DNA of 64,000 nucleotides, taken from the NCBI GenBank assembly GCA_002269645.1, contig NIVC01001491.1, forward strand, positions 1-64,000, written 5' to 3'. The notes under the pieces are model-generated. The model was not told the origin of the DNA. It searched no databases and saw only the letters and a program-made list of their open reading frames with translations. A program made the position numbers and the translations under genes. The stretch comes from Macrostomum lignano (Eukaryota). Position 1 is the first letter of the stretch. Each line of letters begins with the position of its first letter. Of the stretch, positions 51,499 to 63,806 are shown piece after piece.

Positions 51499-53513
51499 GA
51501 CGCACCTTTTTTCAATCTCAGAACCGCACATTTTGCTTCGATGCGCTTTTCCCCTACTGTCAGTAGGCTAGCTTAGGAACTTCTTTCCATTCTCTCATCT
51601 AGGCTTAGTTCTATATTAATTTATGCCATTACTATTGATTCTGTTAGATACTCAATGTACTTCTCTTAGGACTCTAATTTTGGATTGTTTACGCATCTTT
51701 GAAGGTCAGACTGTCTGGGTTTGAGACGGATTGACCTCTAGCAGTCTAGACAGGCGACACTAACTCTGGGAGGGGCGTTTTCAACCTCGTTCTGACCCCC
51801 AGATTTGTGGCTTTTTTTACTGTTTTCAGTGATTTATGGCCGTCTAGCTGTCACTTTTGGCTCCAGCCTGTCTGGGTCAAAGAGGTCTTTCCAGCTTTCC
51901 CCCCACTCGCTCTGTTGTTTTCTCCTTTGATTTATGGGCGTTTTGCTGTCACTTTTGGCGCCAGGATGTCTAGACAAGGGGCTTTTATTGCGTTTTGCTC
52001 ATGATTTATGACCGCACCTGTCAACTCCCCCGGGGTCCGAAGGCCACCTGGTGGGGGTGGGTTTTGGGGTCTTGAGCCCAGCCAATCAGAGTCGACCTGA
52101 CTGCCTCCGGCTCAGCCAATCAGAAAATTCGGCGCCTATTTTAACAAAAGCTCTCAGCCAATCGGAAAATTCGGCGTGCGTTATAACAAATCGGCCGCGT
52201 GAGAGCTATAAAAGGCGGCAACTCGACCCGCGCTCGAAAAGGAGGGGAGTTTGCCCTGCTCCGGGACGTCCTCTTCTGGTCCTGCCTGATCCCCATTTCC
52301 CCGGCAGTTTCGGCTCCAACAGCTAAGTTCCCCCTTGAGAAGCATCATCAATATCTCCCGGCAGTGATCTGAGAGCAGCAACGACTATCGGCAAGCGAAG
52401 AGCAGCGGCGACAATCGTCAGTTAAGATCGGCAGCAGCATCCCGTCTGAGCGCTTCGGTCTCTGTGGATTCCTTGGCTACCGGCAGATAGGTCCTCTGAT
52501 TGGTTGGGTGAGAGGCTCTCTTGACCTGCTTAACTGGGTGCGCCCTTTGTCTGACCCCTTCCTAGGTAGTCCGATAGGATTTGCACTTTTGCTTACTTGC
52601 TTTTGTGTGCCAATCTCGAGGCAGAAGTGTCAGTTAATATTAAAAGTAGCCATTCGCTTTAACTCAATTTAAAGTGTCAAGGATTGCGGATTAAGTGAGA
52701 AAGCTAAATCTGGAAGTTAAAGACTTAGCATTTTCTTTCTTTTTCGCAATGCCAGCTGAGATGAGCGACTAGATCTAGAGGCAGAGGTCACAGTGGACCG
52801 GAAGCGGCACAGTTCCCAGTCAATCAGTCAATATAAGAAATTGTTATGTTAAGCATGCAAATTAAGAGCCAGACTGGCGCTTTGGCGCGGTCTCAGGCAG
52901 CTAAGCGGCTAAAGTAAGTTAAATATTAGTCTATCGATCTCCGAAAGTGACAATGCATCTACATCATCGCTATTTGTCGACGTGTTAACACATTCAGTGC
53001 CAAAAGCGTGCAGTTACGTGTACTTGTACATGTACTTCTGGGAATTTGGTAATGAAATAGTACTTTCAGTAGTGTATAAAGGCTCGCCAGCGCAAGAACC
53101 CCCTGCAGAAGTCCTCTCTGTCCCTGCATGGCCAATGCGATCTTAGTCCCAGCAGCGTCCCTTCTATTCGGCTATGACTTCGAGATTTAGACAGCTAAAA
53201 GACACTAGATGGCAGGTAAGTGCAGTGCCCCTCTAGTCGGAAGTCCGATTTCGATAGCTCCGGTTTGGTGAGCCGGGGCGCACGGACTGGTGGCAGCGGG
53301 TTAGTTGATCTGCGGATTAGCTAATCTCTACCTTTCAAATTCTCCCTGCTTGTCTCTCGCTGTCTTCTCTTAGCTATAGGACCTTGCTGCTCGCCCACAA
53401 TCTAGCTACCATGGGGCTGACCATCTGACAGGAGTGAGAGGCCAGAGCTCTAAGTGATTCATTTCTGAATTCTGAGGCCCGAAGCCACAGGCTTTTAAAG
53501 GCCGAACCCATCA
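51499..53513 (+). mobile_element. 2.0-kb 5' LTR (TGATG...CATCA family) followed by a PBS; internal region non-coding as far as seen
   Basis: TG..CA termini; three CCAATC(A/G)G boxes at ~52083-52165 and CTATAAAA at 52206; homology to 26333-28333. Confidence 0.85.
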
Positions 53514-53515
53514 AA

Positions 53516-53533
53516 TGGTGGCAGCGGTGGGAT
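53516..53533 (+). promoter_or_regulatory. Primer-binding site complementary to the tRNA-Leu 3' end
   Basis: TGGTGGCAGCGGTGGGAT lies 2 nt after the LTR end and is the complement of ...ATCCCACCGCTGCCACCA, the 3' end of vertebrate tRNA-Leu(AAG) as I recall it. Confidence 0.85.
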
Positions 53534-55656
53534 ATATTGGTAAAACGCTAGCCAGTAGAGGGTAAAAACCTCAAATAGAGAAGTGAATGTCAAATTGTGG
53601 CGATACAATAGAAACTGGCGAAGCGCGGTAAATTGATTTCAAATTTGGGAATTTAGGAGATTCTTTAGCATCACTGTGAGTAGTCAGTCTAGCATATCTT
53701 TTCAACGTCTGAGAAGTCACAAAAAAATTGTTTGCCTCTGGAACCAAAAATAGTAAACCGTATTAAATGCGTTTGAATTGCTTAATATGCACACTTTTTC
53801 ATGAGAAAGAAGAGAAAATCAACAAAAAACTAATATATCTTAAAAAGCCAGGGCATACAGAAAAAAAAGGTTTTGTTCAAACCCAAAAGCCTTCTCCTTC
53901 TCAGCTTGATTAGATATCTGTTCTGCCTACCTCTAACTAGCCAATTTGATTTCAATAGTTAGATCTGCGCGAAATAGAGTCTTAAGGCCGCTGATGTGCT
54001 TTTACCAAATCAAAAAGTCTCAAATTGATCACTCGAAATTCAACTATCAATATTTGTCGTGTAGACAAGAGGCCATTATCGAATTGATAATGATTCCTCG
54101 GCCTAAATGTCCATTACAGAATGTTAACCTCGCTTATAGTTTTTGTCTTGTTTGCTAAATTTAGAATCAGGCAGCTTTTTGGATGTGCGAAGCCTTGGTT
54201 TCATACGCAGAGCCTCACGGGTTTGGGATCAAAGGTCCATAGCTTGGGCAGATAGTTACGGGACAATCAGATTGGCGAACTGTGTGAAAATAGTATCATT
54301 TCGATTTAGTCGGGGTGTTCTATCTGAGTGCCTTTCACGAATTGTTGACCGCTATTCGGGCCTGGGTCTTTTAAACTGCTTTAGATGGCAACGGAGATCT
54401 CAATTCCCACCTCAGTTCTCGGTATTTCGGTTTACAATGGCAAAGTGCTATGCCGATGAGCCTCTGGGCGCGCCTTAAAGGACGTGCAAGCTCTGAAAAA
54501 TATGTCTAGGGTCGACGACCACTAGAACGCGAGAATAGCCATGGCGCATGGATTTGAGTACGGAACTGCGAGGCTTGAAGTTATCTTAAGTTTGTACATT
54601 TACTATCTGCTTAGCCTAGAAGTCTGAGAAGTGTAGGTGCTAACTAGCAGTAGTGCAGTTTGCCCATGCACATGTAATTTTTCCTGGTATGAATTTTTGG
54701 GTTGGGAATTTGCTTAATATTCCTTCGAGAAATAATTTTTGGGGAATATCTAATGTAAATACAGTAAGGAAAGCGGAGAGAATTAAACACGCGGTGCCAT
54801 TGGTAGTATGTGCGAATTCCAGCTACCGCCCTGGTTAAACGATCCTAGCATAGAGCAGGAAACGCCGCAGCTATTCATTTTTATGATAGCAAGGGGAGGG
54901 GAGCGCAGCTTTGTCTGGACCGACTCCACTGACCCAAGACACAGATGTCTTCCGTGGTTTTGCCTGGCACCGCGCCGACTGACTTCTGTTGCCTTGGCTG
55001 TCGTTAACGTCATTTCGATATGCGTACGCGTTAACTATACGCGTTTTTCTCAGCTGGTGCCAATTATTGTTTGAATTCTCACTTTCTATAATGTGGGTCT
55101 AGCGGTTTAAGGTTCTTCAGCTCCTTAATTCTTCTATCAGGCAGTCAGAGCAAACCGTATAAATTGACCGGATCTCCAAGTACTCAGGCTGAAATAATTA
55201 TGTCCCTCGAAATATCTCACCTTCAATAACTATTAAGACAAATAAGTGGATTAGGACTTAGGTTTTGCATTTTTGGCAGATTGGAATTTTTGACCTCCGA
55301 TCCCCCGCTGCCGGTGGGACGTCTTTGCGTGGTTAGCAACAGCGAGGGAATAGAGGCAATAGAAAATTGAGGCAATAGAAAATCTGGGACTCAGTCCCCT
55401 AGTTGTACACGAATTTAGTTAGTTCTAGTAGGTTGCTAAGTGTGTGGGTTAGAGATTATTCAGGGTTTTGCAAATATATGTGTTGCGTTAGATAAATTTT
55501 GGGATAGAAAGATTTTAGAAAAAAAGCATAGTTTTCCTTCTCTTAATTCTGTCCATGGTTGATTACACAGTCCTAGCTCTCTTTCTCTCTCTCTCGGTTG
55601 TCAAGCTTCTTGCGGTTGATCTCGCCTTCTTGGGCAGCTCCAGTTGAATAGGAGGT

Positions 55657-55795
55657 CTGATTCTGCTCTCGTGTTCGCCAGATTCTTATTATTCTTATTG
55701 ATTGTTATTGTTATTAATATTATTATTATTATTATTATTAAGATTATTATTATTATTACTATTATTATTAATATTATTATTATTATTATTTTTAT
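55657..55795. repeat. (ATT)n microsatellite, possibly a LINE tail
   Basis: Imperfect ATT run. Confidence 0.85.
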
Positions 55796-57481
55796 TTTTA
55801 TTAAAGCTATTAGTACAGCTACGCTCGTATTTAGCATTATTAAAGTTATGATTGTGTAGTTCTTTTCACCATCTTTGCTATCCGGGGTTAATTGTAATAA
55901 ACTAGAGAAAATAAACTTTTGTGATAAAATGACACTAAATACACTAATTAATGACACTAAAATTATAAAATGCAGCTGCTCAACTGAATGTACTTGACGT
56001 GACAGTGCCCATTTGAACCACTGTACTCTGGGAGAACTACGTGCATGTATTAAAAATTCGCTGCAGTCAAAAAATGCCTAGGCGCACAGATTAAAAAAAA
56101 CACTTTCGAAAAAAGTTCCAACAAACAAAACTTTGTTTTTTTACGCTGGGAGGCACTGCAATACATATAAAAAATTAGGTCCAGTCAGCAAACTTCTAGG
56201 CACACCGTTAAATAACAATTAGGAAAAAGTAGCTTGTATCTATAATCTACAAACAAATCTACAAACAAATCTGTCGCCGCTTTGATTGTCGCCAGATCGT
56301 CTTGTCACCAATTGGAAGCCAATTTAACACCGAACGCGAGTTATAACAATAATTTAAAAGTAAATGCTGTTATAAATTAAAAAAGTTTACACAGTTTTTT
56401 TAATGCTAAAAATAAAGACAGGATTTTATATTTACATTTAGTCTGTATTTTTTTAACAATACAGAATGGAAGCATGTGCACTGTAATTTAATGCGATTTT
56501 TTAGTATCATTTCATTGCATAATATTTTAAAAGCGGTGCGCTGTGAAACAACCAACCAACCCAAACTTGTTGAATAAGTTTCATGTCTATTATGTCATGA
56601 TATCATGTATTTATGTTTTATGTATTCATGTATTCATGTTTTATGTATTCATGTATTCATGTTTTATGTATTTTACAATTTGAAAAATCCTTATATTGTA
56701 TACATTTGGCTGTCAATTTTATTTTGTTTATTAGACCGACTAGCAGACTAATGACTTACATTCGAAGTTACCGCTCTTTCACCCTATGGATTTGTATAAA
56801 TTAGATGTAACCTGTATAATTATTTAAGTATTTTTGAAGTTTTGATTGATTTATTTTAAAGTTCATTATGATTTTGAAAGATTTTAGAAGATCCATAGGC
56901 TATGTAAATTTATAGTTATTCAATATAGAATATAGCTTTAGGTTCATCCTACAATGAGATTTTCATGCAAATTGTCTAAGCATACATTAAATTCTCGTCA
57001 ATAATAGTAAACATGTTGTGATAAATGAGCATAAAAAATATTTTTAGGTCATATTTAGATAAAATTAAAAATAAACAGACAAAATATTAATATTTATTTT
57101 TATGTATTTCATCTAGTCTAGACATTGTTAGGCTAGGCCTAATTTTTTAAATATTTTTCGAGCTTATACTTGTATACAAGATTAAAAGGTTTATTTAAAG
57201 GAATATATGTATTCAGCTTTTATGCTTTCAATCAGCATTATCCACTTTGTAAATATAAAACATCCTTGAGTAAATATTTTTTTTCGACAAATCATCAATT
57301 TATCAGAAAATTGATTGATAAGTTGGTTTTGAAATTTATAAACAAACTATTAATGATCCAAAGTACACTCAGAAACATGCTAACATCTCTGATTATTATG
57401 ATTATATTAATGAGTTACTATGTTATGACTTTTATGATATAATTACCAAATAATTGCAGCATTTGTTGAACAATAGCAGAC

Positions 57482-58026
57482 ATGTCAGATGGCAAGAATG
57501 CAAATTTCCATGTCACTGCCAGTCAGCACCTGTCCAATGCAATTCAGTCACTAGAGCGCCTTGCACTGGAAGTTGACCCCGATGAAGCTATCATTTCAGG
57601 TCTCGATGGGGAAGCTGCCTGGCTATCAGCGGAGCTGCGAGACATTCGACAGCGACTTCGGGATGCTCGCCTTCGAATGCACTCGCCGCGCCTGCTGCCA
57701 CCAGTGCCTGCTGTGCCTTCGCATCTTGAGGTTAATTCTCGAATATTTTCGAAGCTGAGATGAAGGGAAGAGTTGCTCAGCTACTCTCTGGTCAAGTGTC
57801 CCCGAGCTCGATTCTAAGGGTTGTGGGGCACCCTGGCGTAACGCCTTCGGCGACATCATCATCCCGCAACCAGCGCTTGAGGCAATCCGGCCCATTCCGC
57901 AGACTCCTGAGCGACATACAAGCGCGCCAATACTGTACACCGACACGCTCTAATTGCACTCGCTCACACGGGGTGTACAGCGGCCCTGACTTTCTAATCG
58001 TCAGGAATGAACACTCTGTGTCTTAG
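57482..58026 (+). CDS. Uncharacterised GC-rich ORF pair (57482-57763 + 57760-58026), possibly one frameshifted ORF or a 5' exon of the nucleotidyltransferase gene
   Basis: ATG in an AT-to-GC transition; helical N-terminus; adding one T in the TTTT at ~57745 fuses the two ORFs; no recognisable domain. Confidence 0.35.
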
Positions 58027-58471
58027 GGGCTGGGCCTCCCGTTGAAAACGTTACCGTGACAAGAATCGATAAAAAGGCGTTGTAAACAGCTCTCTAGTGA
58101 CTCTTGTGATTTTTTAACGACTCAAACGCGTCTAATGCGTCAAAGAGGCGACTGTTGCGTCACAAGCGCGTCACGTGACTTGCAGAATCGTGAAAGAGTT
58201 GTCCAAGAATCGTTGTTTTTGTCCTTAACTTTCTACTAACTCAGTAGGCTTGTTAGAGTGCAATTAGAGTTCAATGGGCTACATTCGGTGTTTATGGCGT
58301 AACTGTAACTCTGACTCTTCTAATGCGGTTAGTGCGTCTCAGAAGTGGCGCACTAAAGACTCTACAGCGACTCCAGCACGCCTCAAGTACGACTCTACCG
58401 CTCCAAAGTCGTTTCACAGTCGCAGACAATAAAACGCTTCAAAGTGACTTTTAGGCGACTCTTTGGTGACT

Positions 58472-60186
58472 AGATTCTCATGGGTTTGGGTGGCAGATTC
58501 TCATGGGTTTGGGTGGCAGATTCTCATGGGTTGACTGGCAGATTCTCATAGGTTGATTGGCAGATTCTCATGGGTTGAGTGGCAGATTCTCATGGGTTGA
58601 GTGGCAGATTCTCATGGGTTGATTGGCAGATTCTCATGGGTTGAGTGGCAGATTCTCATGGGTTTGGGTGGCAGATTCTCATGGGTTGAGTGGCAGATTC
58701 TCATGGGTTTGGGTGGCAGATTCTCATGGGTTTGGGTGGCAGATTCTCATGGGTTGATTGGCAGATTCTCATGGGTTGAGTGGCAGATTCTCATGGGTTG
58801 AGTGGCAGATTCTCATGGGTTGATTGGTAGATTCTCATGGGTTGAGTGGCAGATTCTCATGGGTTTGGGTGGCAGATTCTCATGGGTTTGGGTGGCAGAT
58901 TCTCATGGGTTTGGGTGGCAGATTCTCATGGGTTTGGGTGGCAGATTCTCATGGGTTGAGTGGCAGATTCTCATGGGTTGATTGGCAGATTCTCATGGGT
59001 TGAGTGGCAGATATTCTCATGGGTTGAGTGGCAGATTCTCATGGGTTGATTGGCAGATTCTCATGGGTTTGGGTGGCAGATTCTCATGGGTTGATTGGCA
59101 GATTCTCATGGGTTGAGTGGCAGATTCTCATGGGTTGAGTGGCAGATTCTCATGGGTTGATTGGCAGATTCTCATGGGTTGAGTGGCAGATTCTCATGGG
59201 TTTGGGTGGCAGAATCTCATGGGTTGAGTGGCAGATTCTCATGGGTTTGGGTGGCAGATTCTCATGGGTTTGGGTGGCAGATTCTCATGGGTTGAGTGGC
59301 AGATTCTCATGGGTTGATTGGCAGATTCTCATGGGTTGAGTGGCAGATATTCTCATGGGTTGAGTGGCAGATTCTCATGGGTTGATTGGCAGATTCTCAT
59401 GGGTTGAGTGGCAGATTCTCATGGGTTGAGTGGCAGATTCTCATGGGTTGAGTGGCAGATTCTCATGGGTTGATTGGCAGATTCTCATGGGTTGAGTGGC
59501 AGATTCTCATGGGTTTGGGTGGCAGATTCTCATGGGTTTGGGTGGCAGATTCTCATGGGTTTGGGTGGCAGATTCTCGTGGGTTGATTGGCAGATTCTCA
59601 TGGGTTGATTGGCAGATTCTCATGGGTTGAGTGGCAGATTCTCAAGAGTTGGGTGGCAGATTCTCATCGGTTGAGTGGCAGATTCTCATGAGTTTGGGTG
59701 GCAGATTCTCATGGGTTGAGTGGTAGATTCTCATGGGTTGAGTGGCAGATTCTCATGGGTTGAGTGGCAGATTCTCAAGAGTTGAGTGGCAGATTCTCAT
59801 GGGTTGAGTGGCAGATTCTCATGGGTTTGGGTGGCAGATTCTCATGAATTGAGTGGCAGATTCTCATGGGTTGAGTGGCAGATTCTCATGGGTTGAGAGG
59901 CAGATTCTCATGGGTTTGGGTGGCAGATTCTCATGGGTTGACAGGCAGATTCTCATGAATTAAGTGGCAGATTCTCATGAATTGAGTGGCAGATTCTCAT
60001 GGGTTGAGTGGCAGATTCTCATGGGTTGAGTGGCAGATTCTCATGGGTTGAGTGGCAGATTCTCAAGAGTTGGGTGGCAGATTCTCATGGGTTGAGTGGC
60101 AGATTCTCATGGGTTGAGAGGCAGATTCTCATGGGTTTGGGTGGCAGATTCTCATGGGTTGAGTGGCAGATTCTCATGGGTTGAGT
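58472..60186. repeat. 22-23-bp minisatellite (GGCAGATTCTCATGGGTTGAGT)n
   Basis: Tandem periodicity. Confidence 0.96.
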
Positions 60187-60223
60187 GAGACTCAACTAGC
60201 GCTGTTCAACCAACCCCAATCAG

Positions 60224-63200
60224 GGCATCGGCAGCATCTTCAAGAAGCAGCGAAACGGCGATCTCAAGATTCGGCCGGACGCCACCATCCCAGAGCTGTG
60301 CACCTCAATCAGACTGTTGAATCACGTCAAGATGTCTCTGCTCGGTCGCAGACCAAGTCTGTCTGAGCCGCCAGACACTGCAGACGTACCCGAAGGTGTT
60401 CTGTCCGGTTGGCGGCAGATGTTCGCCAGCCCATTGGCGGACATTGTCAAAGGCGGCTTGGCCAAGTCTCTGCTCGACTGGCACGCTGAATTGCTGGCTG
60501 AGTGTGACAGAGCGGAGGAGCTGGAAGCTGCGGGCTGCTCAGAAGAGAATAAAAATGTAATTATCGATTTGTTTCTATTTGTTTTCTTATGTAGTTTTAT
60601 TATCTACCGATGTCATGGATTATTTTAGGGAAAATAATCTTTAGCTTGATTAGACAGTAGATTAGGAATATTAGGTTTGCATTAGGGGAACTCGTAGGTT
60701 ATTAGGTATTGTATTAGGGGAACTCATAGGCTATTAGGTATTGAATTAGGGGAACTCATAGGCTATTAGGTATTGAATTAGGGGGAACTCGTAGGTTATT
60801 AGGTATTGAATTAGGGGAACTCATAGGCTATTACATGTAGGTATTGAATTAGGGGAACTCATAGGCTATTAGGTATTGAATTAGGGGAACTCATAGGCTA
60901 TTAGGTATTGGATTAGGGGAACTCATAGGCTATTAGGTATTGAATTAGGGGAACTCATAGGCTATTAGGTATTGAATTAGGGGAACTCATAGGCTATTAG
61001 GTATTGAATTAGGGGAACTCATAGGCTATTAGGTATTGAATTAGGGGAACTCATAGGCTATTAGGTATTGAATTAGAGAAACTCATAGGCTATTAGGTAT
61101 TGAATTAGAGAAACTCATAGGCTATTAGGTATTGAATTAGAGAAACTCATAGGCTATTAGGTATTGAATTAGGGGAACTCATAGGCTATTAGGTATTGAA
61201 TTAGGGGAACTCATAGACTATTTATTGCTCGTAGGCCAATTTGAATACCAACTATAGGATTAAAATTAAACAATTGACAGCCCAAAGACGCTGCCGCAGC
61301 CCGTCGCGCTCTGCTATCGTCGCAGTCGGCCGCCGACGAGGCCGCCCTCGCCGACTGGCGTTGGACAGAAATTTTGGCACCCCTGATGCCGCCCAAGTCA
61401 GCGCCAGATTCGGCGCCGGCTGTCGACTTCAAGTCAGCTCTGGTGTCCGCCGGTCTGCCCGCAGATCTGCTGCCATCAAGTTTGTCCACCGGCTCCTGGC
61501 GACTGGAGCTGGCGGCCTGTGCCGGCAGCCGGATGTACGGCCTGAGCACCCCGCAGTCGGATGTGGACTACCTGCTGGTGTACAGCCGGAGGGATGAGTT
61601 CAGGCACCTGCGGCATCCCCCAGACACAACCGAATCCAGGGGACCGGATAAGACCGTGAGTGAGCTCTTGATCCCTAATCCTCCTTAATCCTCACGGCTC
61701 CTAATCCTCTCGGCTCTTAATCACTAATCCTCCTTAATCCCCACGGCTCTTAATCCTCACGGCTCTTAATCACTAATCCTCCTTAATCCCCACGGCTCTT
61801 AATCCTCATTCTCTTAATCCTCACGGCTCTTAATCCTCACTGCTCTTAATCCTCACGGCTCTTAATCCTCACGGCTCTTAATCCCTAATCTTCCTTAATC
61901 CCCACGGCTCTTAATCCTCATATTTTCTTAATCCTCACGGTTCTTAATCCTCATATTTTCTTAATCCTCACGGTTCTTAATCCTCACTGCTCTTAATCCT
62001 CACGGCTCTTAATCCTCACTGCTCTTAATCCTCACGGCTCTTAATCCTCACGGCTCTTAATCCCTAATCCTCCTTAATCCCCACGGCTCTTAATCCTCAT
62101 ATTTTCTTAATCCTCATGGTTCTTAATCCTCACTGCTCTTAATCCTCACGGCTCTTAATCCCTAATCCTCCTTAATCCTCACGGCTCCTAATCCCTAATC
62201 CTCCTGAATCCTCACGGCTTCTAATCCCTAATCCTCCTTAATCCTCACGGCTCCTAATCCTCACGGCTCTTAATCCTCTCGGCTCTTAATCCTCACGGCT
62301 CTTAATCCCCAATCCTCCTTAATCCTCACGGCTCCTAATCCCTAATCCTCCTGAATCCTCACGGCTCCTAATCCTCACGGCTCCTAATCCTCTCGGCTCT
62401 TAATCCTTACGGCTCTTAATCCTCACGGCTCTTAATCCCTAATCCTCCTTAATCCTCACGGCTCTTAATCCCTACCCTAACCTCCTTAATCCTCACGGCT
62501 CTTAATCCTCTCGGCTCTTAATCCTCACGGCTCTTAATCCCTAATCCTCCTTAATCCTCACGGCTCCTAATCCCTAATCCTCCTGAATCCTCACGGCTCC
62601 TAATCCTCACGGCTCCTAATCCTCTCGGCTCTTAATCCTTACGGCTCTTAATCCTCACGGCTCTTAATCCCTAATCCTCCTTAATCCTCACGGCTCTTAA
62701 TCCCTAACCTCCTTAATCCTCACGGCTCTTAATCCCTAATCCTCCTTAATCCTCACGGCTCCTAATACCTAATCCTCCTGAATCCTCACGGCTCTTAATC
62801 CCTAATCCTCCTTAATCCTCACGGCTCCTAATCCCTAATCCTCCTGAATCCTCACGGCTCCTAATCCTCAGGGCTCTTAATACTTTCCCTAATCCTCACC
62901 ACCCATAATCCCAGATCGAGTTCGGTTGCTGCGAAGCAGCAGAGTTCGCCCGGCAGTTGCTCAGGGGCAGCATAGTGCAGCTGGAGCTGCTGTTCGCACA
63001 GCCGGCCGCTCGGCTGTTCGTGTCGCCCGCCTTCGACTGGCTGCTGCAGCGGCGGATGCGTCTGGCCACGGAGAACTTCATCAGGCAGCTGCTGGGACTG
63101 GCGAGTCAGCTGGTCAGGACGCTGAGCAAAGCGGAGGTGCTTGGCAAGAGTTTAAACTTGGTGAATTAGAGTTTGCAGCTTAGTGAATTAGAGTTTACAG

Positions 63201-63806
63201 CTTAGTGAATTAGAGTTTACAGCTTAGTGAATTAGAGTTTACAGCTTAGGGAACTAGAGTTTGGAGCTTAGTGAATTAGAGTTTACAGCTTAGGGAACTA
63301 GAGTTTGGAGCTTAGAGAATTAGAGTTTGGAGCTTAGTGAATTAGAGTTTACAGCTTAGGGAATTAGAATTTGGAGCTTAGTGAATTAGAGTTTAGAGCT
63401 TAGTGAATTAGAATTTGGAGCTTAGTGAATTAGAGTTTAGAGCTTAGGGAATTAGAATTTGGAGCTTAGTGAATTAAGAGTTTTTAGCTTAGGGAATTAG
63501 AGTTTAGAGCTAAGTGCATTAGAGTTTACAGTTTAGTGAATTAGAATTTAGCTTGTACTGTTGACGTTGCAATCTCCACCCATCGCAGGTCAACCCAGAC
63601 CAGTTCCCACCAGCTGAGGCCCGCAAGGTGGGCAAGGCTGCCTACCAGCTTGAGCACAAACTCAACCTTCTGACTGACCTGGCCGCGGGCATCGAACCCC
63701 GAGTCACCCTGGAGGGTGCCGAGCGCGAGCGAGTGCTGGCTCTGAGATCAGCTGACTGGGCCGACCCTGCCAGCAGGCGGGCACTGGCTCGGGCCTCACT
63801 CGACAG
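60224..63806 (+). CDS. RlaP/PF10127-like pol-beta-superfamily nucleotidyltransferase, partial. Exons 60224-60556, 61281-61655, 62915-63160 (alt. end 63136), 63589-63806; continues beyond the window
   Basis: GSRMYGLSTPQSDVDY (GS..D.D metal-binding motif); EAAEFARQLLRGSIVQLELLF; KAAYQLEHKLNLL..G..PRVTL...RERVLALR; all introns are GT-AG and phase-compatible. Confidence 0.85.
60680..61216. repeat. 32-bp minisatellite (AGGTATTGAATTAGGGGAACTCATAGGCTATT)n, intronic
   Basis: Tandem periodicity. Confidence 0.95.
61672..62900. repeat. Compound 16/17-bp pyrimidine-rich minisatellite (TAATCCTCACGGCTCT / TAATCCCTAATCCTCCT), intronic
   Basis: Tandem periodicity with mixed subunits. Confidence 0.95.
63160..63552. 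repeat. 22-bp minisatellite (GTGAATTAGAGTTTACAGCTTA)n, intronic
   Basis: Tandem periodicity beginning at the splice donor. Confidence 0.94.

Noticed and set aside
55601-55957. 118-aa Ile-rich membrane-protein-like ORF
   Set aside because: The hydrophobic stretch is the (ATT)n microsatellite.
60680-63552. TTAGGG/CCCTAA words as interstitial telomeric repeat
   Set aside because: They are isolated hexamers within longer unrelated units, never tandem.
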